Assembly: GCF_964355755.1 (NCBI RefSeq)
Contig: NC_092670.1
Location: forward strand, 29,128,388 to 29,192,387
Source of the DNA: Antedon mediterranea
Taxonomy: Eukaryota; Animalia; Echinodermata
Length of the DNA stretch: 64,000 nucleotides
Direction of reading: 5' to 3'
Shown: one piece after another, positions 27,056 through 39,988 of the stretch
How the letters are laid out: each line of letters starts with the position of its first letter
How positions within the stretch are numbered: the stretch's first letter is position 1
Position numbers and translations under genes: made by a program
The notes under the pieces: generated by a model
Database searches by the model: none
The model's input: the letters and a program-made list of their open reading frames with translations, nothing else
What the model was told of the DNA's origin: nothing

Positions 27056-27792
27056 TACAGTATACAAAAAGTTTTTTGCTCTCATATCTTATAATCTCTA
27101 AATATGTATTCCATATTAAATACTGCACTGTGCAGTAATTGATATTCTAACAAGATTTGTTATTCTTGCATTTTACGAGCAATATAAAAGCTGATATTCT
27201 ATTGTTAGTAGAGGTCAGAGGTCATTTGTACATTTGTTGATGTGATAATTGTCTCTGTCACAACTTGATTATGTCATAGTCCTTTAAATGTCATAAACTA
27301 TAGTAATGGCTTTGCAAACATAGATGAGCACATTACGCTTCAAAGGCAACCAAGCATATATACCAAGATATGTTTTTAATGGATAGTTCTTACATAAATA
27401 TATATATATATCAAAATATTTTATTTCAAAGTTGTTTTGTCAGGTTAAAGGTCATTTATGTTTCTTATGTTTTTATGTACCTTTGTCATTAAAAAAACAT
27501 TGTGTGAATCATGCAAGCTGTTTGTGCTATCATTTTATTTTTAAATTAAATTGTTCGCGCCACGCCCCTAGGCAGCTACAGTATATTCCCAGATGACATA
27601 ATCATTAAGAAGCTTTATCAACATGAAAGCTATATATGTTCGGCTGACATTTTTGGAATTTTGTAAACTTGACTAATTTATAGGTCCAAGCTGCTGGACC
27701 AAAAAAACGTCTGGGAAAAGAGTCTATGAGGGCTGACGGTTGAACAATTTTGGATTCTTGTCCTTTAATTGGTTGACGCAAATCAACACACT

Positions 27793-29270
27793 GCAGCGGT
27801 GGCGCCAGGATTTTGCAGACGCGGGGGCTACATTCCCTGACGAGGAGGCTAAGCAACGCGTTCTAGCGTCATTTGAGGCCATTTTAATAAGATTTAGAGT
27901 AGCCACTTTTTCCATTTTTTATAATGCATAAATAAAATACTGCGTGCAAAAACACGATGGGCGATGATGGTTTCAATCCATATTTTTCAATTTAAAAAAA
28001 AAAAGTTCAAAATATGCCTATATTTATTGGGTAAATTGTAGCTTAGAAAAATTAATATACGCGAATGTAAAACGTAGGCTACCCACAGGCGAAGAGGTGT
28101 GCCTATATTGTTTATCGCAGAGGTGTATGCTGGTTGCTGTCTGGGGGTGCAAAAATGGTAAATGCGTGCCTTGGGCTGATCTGTAAGAAAATTTAGAAAA
28201 ATAGAGCTGCTAGGTCCCCGGAAGTTGCAATTAATTTATATACCTATTAATGATACTATGAAACGAAATTACAAGTCTACAGAAACAGACAACCGTGGTT
28301 GGGATGGACCTAAGAAAATTTAGAAAAATAGAGTTGGAGGTCCCGGAAATTGAACTTATTATACTTCAAAACAAAATATAAATATAGTCCCTATCATGGT
28401 TGTGACTGAGCTAAGACATTTTTGAAAAATAGAGCTGTTAGGTCCTCGAAATATGACCAGCTTAATGGTTGGGGCTGAGCTAAGAAATGTTTAAAACTAG
28501 AGCTGCAGCTCTTCAAAATTTGCATCTTATACTATGGAAACATCGGGCCTAGAGGCTTAAAAAAAGTGGTCCGTTTTGCCTTTATTTTAGAGGGGGATGT
28601 GGAGTGCGTCCGCAAGCGTAGAACATTTTAGTCGGGGAAATCAGTTTATAGCCTACTTCCCAAGTGTATGCGTGCGTACGTCCATCTGAACTTCCGAGTG
28701 GTGAGAAGTTCATACAGGACATTGAAAATTTAATAACTTAGCTATAATTAAAGATGTTGGCTAAGTGAAAATAGCATGTTTTTTTGTTTAGTAATGTATG
28801 AAATATATATTTTAAGTGCCCCATGGTACAGGGTTACTTGTAAATCAAAAAATTTGTGAACATACGAACAATTAACATAATTCGTTTTTGCTGTAGTGTG
28901 CGTACGTCGACACACAGTATACGACGTAACCGTCGGTAAACTTCGCCTGGAAAGTAACTAAAATACACATTTTGGTCCCTGGATGGAACATGATATCACG
29001 CGTCTGGATCCAACGTTGAACGATTCGTACAAAGGGATACCGCCAGACAAGTGCGTACCTACTGTAGCTACTGTTTAATAGCTAGATCACTGGCAATAAT
29101 GAATGCATAGTGCATAATAGCCCTCTGATGTACTCACGGTCAATGGAACGTCGCGGTTTTCTAGGCGCTGAAGCTACGAAGTGAACGCGAACGATTTTTA
29201 CTGAATATTATATTCCCCGACAAAAAGTACCCGTGTTCCCCGACGAGGGGGCTGGAGCCCCCGTAGCCTA
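27793..29270. mobile_element. Probable hAT-like non-autonomous element with internal degenerate repeats
   Basis: Start cagcggtggcgccaggattttg..gggggct, end-like gggggctggagcccccgtagcc, and four copies of taagaaa..tttagaaaaatagagctg at 28180-28505. Boundaries are uncertain. Confidence 0.4.
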
Positions 29271-29509
29271 TAGACAGTACAGTATGTGGGCCAGGTCAAT
29301 ATAGGGAGTAAAATATTTTTGTCTGTACAGTAGGCCAGACTATATTTATACAAAATGTTTACTATGTTTAAACAAAAATAATTGATAAAATAAAAAAACT
29401 GTTAGTCAAATCTACTAATTCATCCAACAGTCACTGTCTTTGCTAATAACTTCCAAAACAAGTTGTTAAACACCATAATGTAACAATCAACAAATATAAA
29501 ATACAATAC

Positions 29510-29575
29510 CTCTTCTTCTTTTGAACTTGCAGGCTCCGACAGGTCATATTTGTCTAGTTTCTTTAGAAGCTTCTC
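29510..29575 (-). CDS. Small RING-finger protein, exon 2 (66 nt)
   Basis: Polypyrimidine tract ttatcttttattcag| then EKLLKKLDKYDLSEPASSKEEE then |gtattg. Phase 0/0, continuing the helix of exon 1 and leading into the RING. Confidence 0.72.
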
Positions 29576-29877
29576 CTGAATAAAAGATAAAGATAATTAT
29601 AAATATACGGTAATAATAATGTCAAAATGTTTACAAAATAATTACAATACTTGCAATGGTGATTATTTCTGATAATATCTCGTTTGCATGTCGTGTGTAA
29701 TCAACAATACAACTTTTTAAAATCTCACTATTATTTATTATCATTCAGTAAATGGGCTGGTTTAGAAAAATTACAAAAAAAAAAATTGAATTGCAAATGT
29801 GATCACGCTAGCAGAGGGGCTATTTTCCTCCATCAGATCCATGCCTCAAACTTGTGTGCCAACAGTATTTCCACTAT

Positions 29878-30907
29878 GGCCCTGTTTCTGCTGCATATCA
29901 TCAATATATGGTATTAAAATATTAAAATAATATATGGTATATATAATACTATATAATTCAATGACCCGTTTCAGCTGAAACTATTTTGTTGGAGGATTGA
30001 GGAAGGGATAGTTATGGCTTGATCACCCAAAATTTCGTTGAGCAATTCATTGTACGGGTATAACCCTGTCTTTAACTGAAGTCAATGGCCAAGTTATTTA
30101 TTTTTTATGCTTACTGTTCCCTTGTTTTGGTGACAACCACACCTCCTATTACCCTGTAGACCTACCTTCCTTCAACCATATATGATTTTGAATAGCAGAT
30201 ATCATATTTTGGTCATATGTTTGGTGACATTTTATACAAATAATGAATTTTTATTAGTGGAATGGTACAAATAATGGCATGAGGTGGATGAAAAGTTATA
30301 TTTCCAGACGGCTGTTGCCTCGTGGAAAAAACATTTCATCAGTCACCTAATAACATTATTTGTACCATTCCACGAATATAAAACATTCATTATTTGTTTT
30401 TTATAACATCTAAATAGATTCCTGTCTTTTGAATCGGATTGAATAAAAAGGCCTACATTTGATTCATATTGAAACAGGAAAATTAAATATATTTGTTTTT
30501 TATAATATATTAAATGTTATATTTATTTTGATTTTATAAACACACCTACTGGATCTTAATCATGTCAACAAATTCCCAAACAATTCTAGGCCTAGTTAGG
30601 CTAAAACGCCTAGGCCTAGGCTAGAAAGGCAGCGATACCATTATAAAACTTTGCCAGGCAATTGAAACTGATCTAGGCTAATTCTGTTTTTCCAATGATG
30701 CCACGTTTTGTAGTTTTTTTTTCCTATTAATTAATCAAAATGCTTCTTTGACCTAAAATAGTATGTATCTCTCCAAAAATTCCATCGCAAAATGAGAGTT
30801 TAATGTTTGTTATTATTAGGTAGCACTGTTGGATTTTACATTCAGAATCACAGTATACAGTAGTCTTAAATTTGTTTTTCATTTTTCATGGCAGCAGAAA
30901 CAGGGCC
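29878..30907. mobile_element. Related Harbinger-like MITE with a nested hairpin element
   Basis: TIRs ggccctgtttctgctgc / gcagcagaaacagggcc. The TSD is not clear. Confidence 0.6.
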
Positions 30908-31116
30908 AAAGAGTGCATATCGCTTGAATTTATAGCCCTGCTTTTAAAATGACCTTCTACAATATAGAGGTTGTTATTTAACTTATTATCAAATTGAAAT
31001 ATGGGTGGTTTAAAGAAAATAAATGTGAAGCAATTATATGGAATGTTTTATGCTACTAAATGCTACTTTATTAAATGATGAAAATACCACTCACAACCAT
31101 TAACCAACTGGACTCA

Positions 31117-31909
31117 GGGCCTGTTTCTGCTGAGCAGGAATAATCGATTATTTTTGGGCAGCAGAAACGGTGCAAAATGAAATAACAGATTAAAAAATAA
31201 CCGACTAAAAACACTTAATCCATTGTGTGTTTTAACCGATTATTGCTTGTTTTAACTGATTATTGCGGAGCAGTTTTTAGCTGCAACACAAATAGCGATT
31301 ATTGATCTCCAGAGTATGGCAACCTTCACTCACAAAGCATGCTGTTTATTTGCGCGATCGACACGAAGATCAGCAACGATTTGGACCAATGAGATAACAT
31401 TTGATTGTTATTATTTTGTGGATGAGAATTATACCGAAAGACTCCAGGATTCTGTGTTACAAGTACACCATTACATCCCACCAGTCCAGGCTAACGATGT
31501 TATGCATGTACTTTTTTAGGCCTGTTGTTTTCGGTAGAAATATATAGCCTAGCTAGGCTATAGTAGAACCAACGGCAAAACAAACTTTCTCGCCAACGTG
31601 CCCTTATTAATTAATATGATATCATTATTCTGCTGTATGTGGTACGGTAGTAGGCCTGGATGGTTTATTTTACAAATAAATAGCTTAATACGTACAAGTT
31701 CAATTTTTAATCCTACATAGGCAGCGATAGGATGTAAACAAACCAACTCTCATTGGCCTTCCATAACTTGAACTGCGTTGTGGGTATGGATGATGTGATT
31801 TTTAAAAAGCTATTACCAGATAACCGATTAACATCTACCAACCAATTCTGTGGTTTGTGGTACTTTGGAAAAATTGATTAATTTTATTTTTTTCAGCAGA
31901 AACAGACCC
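31117..31909 (+). mobile_element. PIF/Harbinger-like MITE (copy 2)
   Basis: tca|gggcctgtttctgctg ... cagcagaaacagaccc|tca, giving a 3-bp TSD. Confidence 0.85.
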
Positions 31910-32957
31910 TCAAAAACAATATTTCGTTACCAGGAACTCGAATTTCATTACCAGGAACTCGAATTTCATTTTAGTTGATTAATGTTTCTCATTTTAGTAA
32001 AGTGATGATGACCACAGTTGTAGTACAAAGAACTTATTTCTCATTAAATTCAAGTTGTTAGCTTTTTTTTCACAAACTAATATGTAGGGCAAGGGCAAGG
32101 TTTGGAAAATGAAGAAATAATGTACAAAAAAACTGCTCAATCTTCCTGTATGTGTTATGACATCAAGACATGTCAGCACTTTGTAAAGCTGACTTTAATT
32201 TCATCCTCTCTGCTACACTTTTAAGCATTGTTTGAATTTCGTTCATTATAATTGTCAAGTGATAGCAACTTATCTCATATGCCTCCTTCATGAAACCCTA
32301 ATATTTTATGTTTTGTGCAATTAAAGAAAGCCATTTTCATCATACAATGGATGAAAGATTCATCAAATAATGAGGTTGTACTGTATGGCAGGAATTGCAT
32401 CATATATGGAGCTATGTAAATTAATGACAGGAGGCAAATTTCATCATACAAAGCATAATAAAATTAACTTGATTAAATCAGTTACTGTATCTTGTCACAA
32501 GGTTTTACAATTCTCCTTTCATGAAACTACCCTTATTCTATGTCATCTAATTGTTATTGAACTGATGAAGAGCTTTAGAGCATTTAAGTAGGTACAAAAT
32601 AAATATTCTTGAACCAAAAATATTTAATAGTAAGAGTAGGATAGAAAATTGGTTGATGAAAAGAGAAGAAACATTTTGTGTATGCATGAGCAACTGGTTC
32701 AATTGAAAGGGAGAGGAAAGGGAGCTGCACCGTACATTCATGAACACAATTCAAACGGACAAATACACAAAAACACTGCCAGTTACGGCAACTGTCTTTA
32801 ACAATTACTTTGGTATGATTATAATACATGTTCAAAAAGGCTGTCAGCGAACTGCACTATCATACATGTATGGTTTCAGGCAAGCATGGACAACCTTAAT
32901 GATGTTACATACATTAATGTAGGTTATAACCAAACCAGAGGTGCTTGAATCCATGAA

Positions 32958-34055
32958 GTATGCACTCATAATCGGAATGCACTCATAATCAGTATGCACT
33001 CATAATCAGTATGCACTCATAATCAGTATTAGACTTGCCCCAAGTCTGTATTGTTTTTTATTTTTATTTATTTGTTTTTATTTCGACCGCGATTTTTGTC
33101 TGAAAATACAGACTTGTGAAACACGTATAGAAATCGATTTGCAGACAGCAAACATCCAATAAGAATGACGTAGGTTATCATACCGTATTTGGCTTTATGG
33201 GGCGGGCGGTATGTAAATATGGATTTCGAATCAACCAATGATCATTTTGTTTCAAAATGAAAAAGATCGAGTACGTACAGTGCTGAATGTACGATCGAGA
33301 CTGTTGAAATATGAAATCGTGTTGCCAAGTTGTTTTGTTTATTAATTGTTTAGTCCTTAGCCTAGGCCTCCTTCGTAGGTCCTACTCAACTCGCACGTAT
33401 GACCTGCCAAATAAAACACCAATAAGGTAGGCCTACATACCACCACCGGCACACAACAGGATTCACACACAACAGACAGGGCTACACCAGTCCAGGGAGT
33501 TGTACACCACTACACAGAACAGGACAGGGTCTGGGTGGGAATTAAATCAAATTATCTCCGCGTAATAATGATCCATTCAATGTTTGATTTGCGGAGAAGC
33601 AAGACGAGTTTTCTTGGGAAAAATCCCATCAAATGTTTACCAGACTACTACTAGGCATACGGTATAAAATCATTTCTAGCCTTCAGAAACTTTCATTAAT
33701 GTACCCAAGTACACATTGTCTAAACGTAACATAGCACATGCGTACCTTCTTAGTTGTTGAGTCTTTGAAATTCTGAAACATGAATATTAAAACAGTGTAC
33801 GAGTGAGTAGCCAATCGCATGCAGCTGAAACTAGTCAACCGGATAATCTATGCACCAAGAATTCTTGGTGTCAAACCACGTGACTTTTGCGTGTTTCCCC
33901 AGACGGAGTATCCAAACTCAAGTAATACACGTATGAAACGCCATATGTGCAAAAATATTTATATTTTTACTAATATTAAAAAAAAACTCCGTCTGGAGCC
34001 CAGACTAAATCAGTATGCATGACTCATAATCAGTATGCATGACTCATAATCAGTC
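32958..34055. repeat. 17-bp minisatellite (atgcactcataatcagt)n split by a transposon
   Basis: Four units at 32960-33029 and two 20-bp variant units at 34015-34054. Confidence 0.8.
33030..34007 (-). mobile_element. Same 9-bp-TSD element (copy B, inverted), inserted in a 17-bp minisatellite
   Basis: TSD aatcagtat on both sides, and the sequence is the reverse complement of 15524-16479. Confidence 0.9.
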
Positions 34056-35439
34056 GACATTGTTTTTAAGTTTGCGAACGTTACAAATTTACATCATCAA
34101 TAAGGTAATTCAAATGTCATGACGACAATCCTGATTTTACGGGATGAACAGAATCCATTATATAAGCTGGATTTAAAATTTTTGTTTTAGCTTTTAATAT
34201 TGTTTTGTTTTATTATGTGCAGGAGGAATACTAGTGTACAATATATTATAATGATGACAGTAGTACTTGGCAGTGGTGAGTACACTGCTATATGCACAGC
34301 CACAATTTAAAGATATTTTGTCCTCTTCTTCATCAAAATTCAGAGTCAACATTTTAAAAATCGGTTCTTTATGATTAGAGAGAGCCTACAACTTGTACTT
34401 GTATTTAAAATGTTTATCTTCCTGATTATCATGTTTAATTGAAATCCACAAGATTGGACATTTATGAGTTAGTTCAAGGTCATTTCCTTGACTGGACATT
34501 TAGTTTTGGTTAGTATTATTGATTGATGGACATAGTATTATGTTGATTGATTTAGGCCCTGTTCAGACCCATGGCATTAGACCGTTTTAGCGTACGACGC
34601 TAAAAGAATGTGTGTCTGAACGCGTCGTACAACGGTTGTAGCGTTGCAGTGGAAAACGGTTGATAGTACCGTTTTAGAGTATGACGCTACTGTAAGTCAA
34701 CGTTGTATCCAATCAGAACGTTTCCTGTTATGATGCGAAACAAGGTTTGACCTAGACTGACATCTTGTATCGTCAATGTGTGAGATGGATTTCAAACAAA
34801 AAGGCCAAAATAAAATAAGGCCTAAATAGACTACAAATACAACTGTTACAAAGGCTACAAACCACTATCAACTTATTACCATTATTATTTTTTAACAAAT
34901 GACATAAATACATGCACCTTGTATTTAAACATAGGAACTACGATCCCGTCCGCTTTTAGGCTTAGCTAGGCCTAGAGCCATTCACGCATTTCATTCAAGC
35001 TAAAGACTAGCGTGGGACATCAAGTCACTCATTCATAAAGGCAGACTAGACTGGACAAGTTTAATGCTGAAAACCCCCAAAATTCAGTAAACAAACAAGG
35101 GGAGCTGTGTCTTTTTTATTAGCAAGTTAAGGACTGGACCAAAGAATATATATCTTTGACTGGACTGAATAGACTAATCACAATCTATTTTTTCTTCATC
35201 ATTAGGAGGCCTGCTTCATTTTCGTAACACGAGCCTGGGGAAAATGTTTTTTTTACTACAAAATAAAAACAATAGAAACAGAAATTTGACTTTACTATAT
35301 TTTTCTTCAATAAATGCTGAGGTGTGTTTTATTTACGGCAAATTTTGTCATAATTGTAGGGCTGAGATCTAGGCCTATATACAGTGGAAATAATGATGAA
35401 AACACATGGGTAAGAGCACATGAATATGCAACTAGAAAC

Positions 35440-38400
35440 TGTAATGATAGCATATAGTTAAGGCTATGATATTGTAAGTATAGAGTGAGCCCTCTATAGT
35501 TAGTGTACAGTTGAGTGAGCAATGCCTCATGGCATCACTTGATGTAGGAGAACCAAGATGGTTGAGATGTAATAAATGAAACACTAATCAAGTCACGACT
35601 ACTACCTATCTTTATTAAATAAACAAGTAACATTACATGGTGTCAGAATGAATGGATTAAAACCTCCAGAATCTTTGAAAGTAAGTGTCAGTAATAATAT
35701 GGCAAAAGAATGGAGAAAATGGAGTCAACGTTTTGGGTTGTACATTACAGCTAGTGGCCTAGATAGAAAGCCAGCAAAGGTAAAGTGTAGTACACTATTG
35801 CATGTAATAGGCGAGGAGGCGCTAGACATATTCAACACATTTGTATTTACAGCTGACGAAGATGCTGAAGATGTAGAGGTAATTCTTCAGAAATTTAAAG
35901 CACATTTTGAGCCCCAAAGGAACATAACGTATGAAAGGCATAAGTTTAATACAAGAATACAAAAGGAAGGTGAAGGGTTTGATCAATTCATAACTGATTT
36001 AAGAAGTAAAGCAAGAACGTGTGAATTTGATAATTTACATGATAGCTTAATAAAGGACAGAATAGTAGTAGGAATTCGAAGTGATACTGTAAGAGAGAGG
36101 TTACTTCGTGAAAATGATTTAACGCTACAGAAAGCAGTAGAAATATGCCAAGCTGCAGAGATTAGCCGCAAACAAAGATGTGTAATGAAAGATGCATCAA
36201 AAACGGGCAACAGTGAAGTGATAGAAGAGAGTGAAATAAATAAGCTTAAAACAGAATATAAGTACAAAAAAGCTAGTAGTAGTGCTGCTAGTAGTTCATA
36301 CAATAAAACTGGTGTTATAAGGGATTGTAGGCAATGTGGTAAAACTCATGAGTATAAAAATTGTCCAGCATATGGCAAACAATGTAAATCATGTGGAAGA
36401 AATAATCATTTTGCTATAAAATGTAGGAGTAAAGATAAAAGAAAGCCATATAGGCCTAAGAAAAAAAAAATAGAAGTACTAGAAGAAATAGATAGTGATA
36501 GTACAAATAGTGATGAAGAGTTCCTAATGGATACATTAGAGAATAAAGATAACACCAAAGAATGGTCTGTAAATTTAAAGATCTATAACAGTGATAGCAA
36601 ACATAAGGTAGTAAAGTTGAAAATTGATACTGGAGCTCAGTGTAATGTGATAACAGAAAGTATAGTACAAGAATTAAAGATTCCAGTAAATAAAACAAAT
36701 GCAAGGCTTATAACATATTCTGGTGAAAAGATAAGACCAGTTGGTAAAGTAACACTACTCTGTGAAAACAAACATAAATACTATGAATTAGAGTTCCAAG
36801 TCATGAATAAAGCAGTTCATCCTGTATTGGGACTGCAGGCTTGTGAAAGACTAAACTTAGTGAAGAGAGTAGAAAGAATAGAAACTAATAGTGACTACAA
36901 TGATTTGAAATCTAAATACGATGTATTTAAAGGTTTAGGTTGTATTGGTGGTGTACAAAAGTTGCATGTAAAAGAAGATGCAAAACCGGTAATTCATCCG
37001 CCAAGATCAGTACCTATTCCAATAAGAAAGAAAGTATTAAAGGAGTTGAATAATATGGAAAGTAAAGGGGTAATAGTGAAACAAAATGACCCTACCCAAT
37101 GGGTGAGCAGTATGGTAGTAGTTAAAAAAAAAAATAAAGATAGTGTACGTATATGTATAGATCCAAAAAATTTGAACGACGCTCTTGAAAGACAGCATTA
37201 CCCAATGAAAACGATAGAAGAAGTAATAACTAAGCTACCTAATGCAAAAGTGTTCAGCACTTTAGATGCCAGTAGTGGGTATTGGCAAATACAGTTAGAT
37301 GAGGATAGTTCAAGGTTGTGTACGTTTAATAGTCCTAATGGAAGGTATAGATACACTAGATTACCTTTTGGTATTAAGTCAGCCCCTGAGATTTTTCAAA
37401 GAGTAATGACCCAAATGTTTGAAGATTTGGAAGGTACAGAAGTCATAATGGATGATATTTTAGTATGGGGTATAGATAAGAAACAACATGACGAACGACT
37501 TGAGAAAGTTCTCAATCGAACAAAAGAAAGAAATTTAAAATTAAACCCAGAAAAATGTAAATTTGGATTAGATGAAGTAAAATACATTGGTCACACATTA
37601 ACATCTGAAGGTTTAAAAACAGATGAGAGAAAAGTTAAAGCAGTACAAGAAATGCACAAACCTAATAATAAGAAAGAGTTACAACAGTTTCTTGGAATGA
37701 TAAATTATCTTGGTAAATTTATACCAAATTTAAGTAATGTAACCAAACCATTAAGACAACTGTTAGAGAAAAATACTATGTGGCAATGGCAAGCAGAACA
37801 TGATATTAGTTTTGGACAGTTGCAGCGCTTAGTAACAGAGGCGCCAGTTTTACAATATTATGATGTAGAGAAACCGGTGACAGTAAGTGTTGACGCATCA
37901 AGCACAGGTATAGGCGCAGTATTATTGCAAGATGGACATCCGATAGCGTTTGCATCAAAAGCGTTTACAGAGCCTCAAACAAGATATGCACAGATAGAGA
38001 AAGAATTAGCAGCTGTAGTTTTTGGATGTGAGCGTTTCCATCAATATTTGTATGGCAAAGAATTTATCGTAGAAAGCGACCATAAACCCCTAGAATCGAT
38101 AATGAAAAAAGCACTAGCACTAACACCACCAAGACTACAGAAAATGTTATTAAAGCTACAGAAATACAAGCTGGAACTAGTTTATAAGAGAGGCAAAGAG
38201 TTGTATATAGCAGATGCATTGAGTAGAAATCATCTACCAGATATAGAAACAGAACAGTTTAGCATTCCGCTTTACATGATTAAGAACCTACAAATGACAA
38301 AAGAAAGACTAGTAGAAATAAAGAATGAAACAGTAAAGGATACAGCTTTAAGTAAATTAAAGGACGTAGTAATAAATGGATGGCCAGAGAACAAAGCTAT

Positions 38401-39988
38401 CCTAGAACCAGATGTTAAACCATATTGGGATTATAGAGATGAAATCTTAGTAGAAGGAGATATGCTATTCAAAAATAACAGATTAATCATACCAGCGACA
38501 CAACGTAAACTGATGTTGAGTAAATTGCATGCTAGTCACCAAGGTATTGAAAAAACAAAGAAACTTGCACGAGATTTAATCTTCTGGCCAGGAATAAATG
38601 CCCAAGTGACAGACACAGTAGGAAAATGTGAAATATGCCTAAAACACCGAATGAAAAACCAAAAAGAACCAATGGTAGCCCATCAAATACCATCAAGACC
38701 ATGGCAGAAAGTGGGCATGGACCTATTCACACTAGAAGCTGAGGAATACCTAATAATCGTAGACTATTATTCAGGATATTTCGAAATAAACATGTTAAAA
38801 AGCACGAAATCTAGCTCAGTTATAAAATTTTGCAAGCAACAATTTGCTAGACATGGGATACCAGAAGAAGTAATTTCTGATAATGGACCACAATTTGCGT
38901 CAATGGAATTTCAAAATTTTGGCAAAGTGTATGATTTTAAACATACAACAGCATCCCCATTTTATCCGCAAGCAAATGGAAGAGCCGAAAAAGCAGTTCA
39001 AACCGCAAAAATGATACTCAAAAAAGCGAGAGAAGATAAACAAGATCCATATTTAGCGCTATTAAGTTACCGCAATACACCTAGAGATGGATTACCATCA
39101 CCAGTACAAATGCTAATGGGCCGTAGAACAAAAACACATTTACCAACGTCTACGAAACTGCTGAAACCAAAAGTAACAAACAACATGAGACAATTAAAAC
39201 AAAACAAAGCAAAACAAAAGAACTATTACGACAAAGGAACAAAACCGCTAAAGACACTTAAAGTTGGAGATAGAATTTATGTGCGAAAAGATTGTCAGTG
39301 GAAACCAGCAACAATCGTTGAGAGACAAGAAAGTCCACGATCATACACAGTTGAAAGCGATGGAAAATATTATAGACGCAATCGCAGAGATATCATTAAA
39401 GTAACAAGTTCGCAGGATTCACAGACATCACATATAATAGAACCAAACACCACACAAGAAACACGTCGCTACCCTAAACGCAACAGAAAACAATTGATAA
39501 AACTAGATTTGTGAACTAAGGGCAGAATAACCCCTAAATTGTGTGCCAGAATAGTCTACCTCTGAGCACAACATAAACAGCATTATATGTAATGTACTGT
39601 ATGTATGTTAGGAAAGAGCTTTTGCCTGTTGAGGTTTTGTAAATAAAGATTGTTAGGATATATATGTAAGAGAAGAAAGATGTAATAGTTTTTGTTTTGT
39701 GAACAAAGGAAAAGATATTGTTAGAGTGTTGTTAGTTAGTAGATTTAGATGAACAGTAATTAACTTTTTAATTTAAAAAAAAAAGGGAGATGTAATGATA
39801 GCATATAGTTAAGGCTATGATATTGTAAGTATAGAGTGAGCCCTCTATAGTTAGTGTACAGTTGAGTGAGCAATGCCTCATGGCATCACTTGATGTAGGA
39901 GAACCAAGATGGTTGAGATGTAATAAATGAAACACTAATCAAGTCACGACTACTACCTATCTTTATTAAATAAACAAGTAACATTACA
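35440..39988 (+). mobile_element. Intact Ty3/Gypsy LTR retrotransposon (Mag-like)
   Basis: 198-bp TG...CA LTRs at 35440-35637 and 39791-39988 that read identical. 5-bp TSD GAAAC, PBS TGGTGTCAGAA at 35638, PPT aaaagggaga before the 3' LTR. Confidence 0.97.
35648..39514 (+). CDS. Gag-Pol polyprotein (gag, two zinc knuckles, aspartic protease, RT, RNase H, integrase)
   Basis: 1288-aa uninterrupted ORF with CRQCGKTH/CKSCGRNNH knuckles, protease IDTGA, RT LDASSGYWQ and IMDDILV, RNase H VDAS and SDHKPL, and integrase HASHQG...CEIC, SDNGPQF and NGRAE. Confidence 0.97.
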   Translation: MNGLKPPESLKVSVSNNMAKEWRKWSQRFGLYITASGLDRKPAKVKCSTLLHVIGEEALDIFNTFVFTADEDAEDVEVILQKFKAHFEPQRNITYERHKFNTRIQKEGEGFDQFITDLRSKARTCEFDNLHDSLIKDRIVVGIRSDTVRERLLRENDLTLQKAVEICQAAEISRKQRCVMKDASKTGNSEVIEESEINKLKTEYKYKKASSSAASSSYNKTGVIRDCRQCGKTHEYKNCPAYGKQCKSCGRNNHFAIKCRSKDKRKPYRPKKKKIEVLEEIDSDSTNSDEEFLMDTLENKDNTKEWSVNLKIYNSDSKHKVVKLKIDTGAQCNVITESIVQELKIPVNKTNARLITYSGEKIRPVGKVTLLCENKHKYYELEFQVMNKAVHPVLGLQACERLNLVKRVERIETNSDYNDLKSKYDVFKGLGCIGGVQKLHVKEDAKPVIHPPRSVPIPIRKKVLKELNNMESKGVIVKQNDPTQWVSSMVVVKKKNKDSVRICIDPKNLNDALERQHYPMKTIEEVITKLPNAKVFSTLDASSGYWQIQLDEDSSRLCTFNSPNGRYRYTRLPFGIKSAPEIFQRVMTQMFEDLEGTEVIMDDILVWGIDKKQHDERLEKVLNRTKERNLKLNPEKCKFGLDEVKYIGHTLTSEGLKTDERKVKAVQEMHKPNNKKELQQFLGMINYLGKFIPNLSNVTKPLRQLLEKNTMWQWQAEHDISFGQLQRLVTEAPVLQYYDVEKPVTVSVDASSTGIGAVLLQDGHPIAFASKAFTEPQTRYAQIEKELAAVVFGCERFHQYLYGKEFIVESDHKPLESIMKKALALTPPRLQKMLLKLQKYKLELVYKRGKELYIADALSRNHLPDIETEQFSIPLYMIKNLQMTKERLVEIKNETVKDTALSKLKDVVINGWPENKAILEPDVKPYWDYRDEILVEGDMLFKNNRLIIPATQRKLMLSKLHASHQGIEKTKKLARDLIFWPGINAQVTDTVGKCEICLKHRMKNQKEPMVAHQIPSRPWQKVGMDLFTLEAEEYLIIVDYYSGYFEINMLKSTKSSSVIKFCKQQFARHGIPEEVISDNGPQFASMEFQNFGKVYDFKHTTASPFYPQANGRAEKAVQTAKMILKKAREDKQDPYLALLSYRNTPRDGLPSPVQMLMGRRTKTHLPTSTKLLKPKVTNNMRQLKQNKAKQKNYYDKGTKPLKTLKVGDRIYVRKDCQWKPATIVERQESPRSYTVESDGKYYRRNRRDIIKVTSSQDSQTSHIIEPNTTQETRRYPKRNRKQLIKLDL

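Noticed and set aside
33483-33509. tacacca-gtccagggagttg-tacacca as another micro-footprint
   Set aside because: The insert is not palindromic and the region is locally repetitive, so the evidence is too weak.
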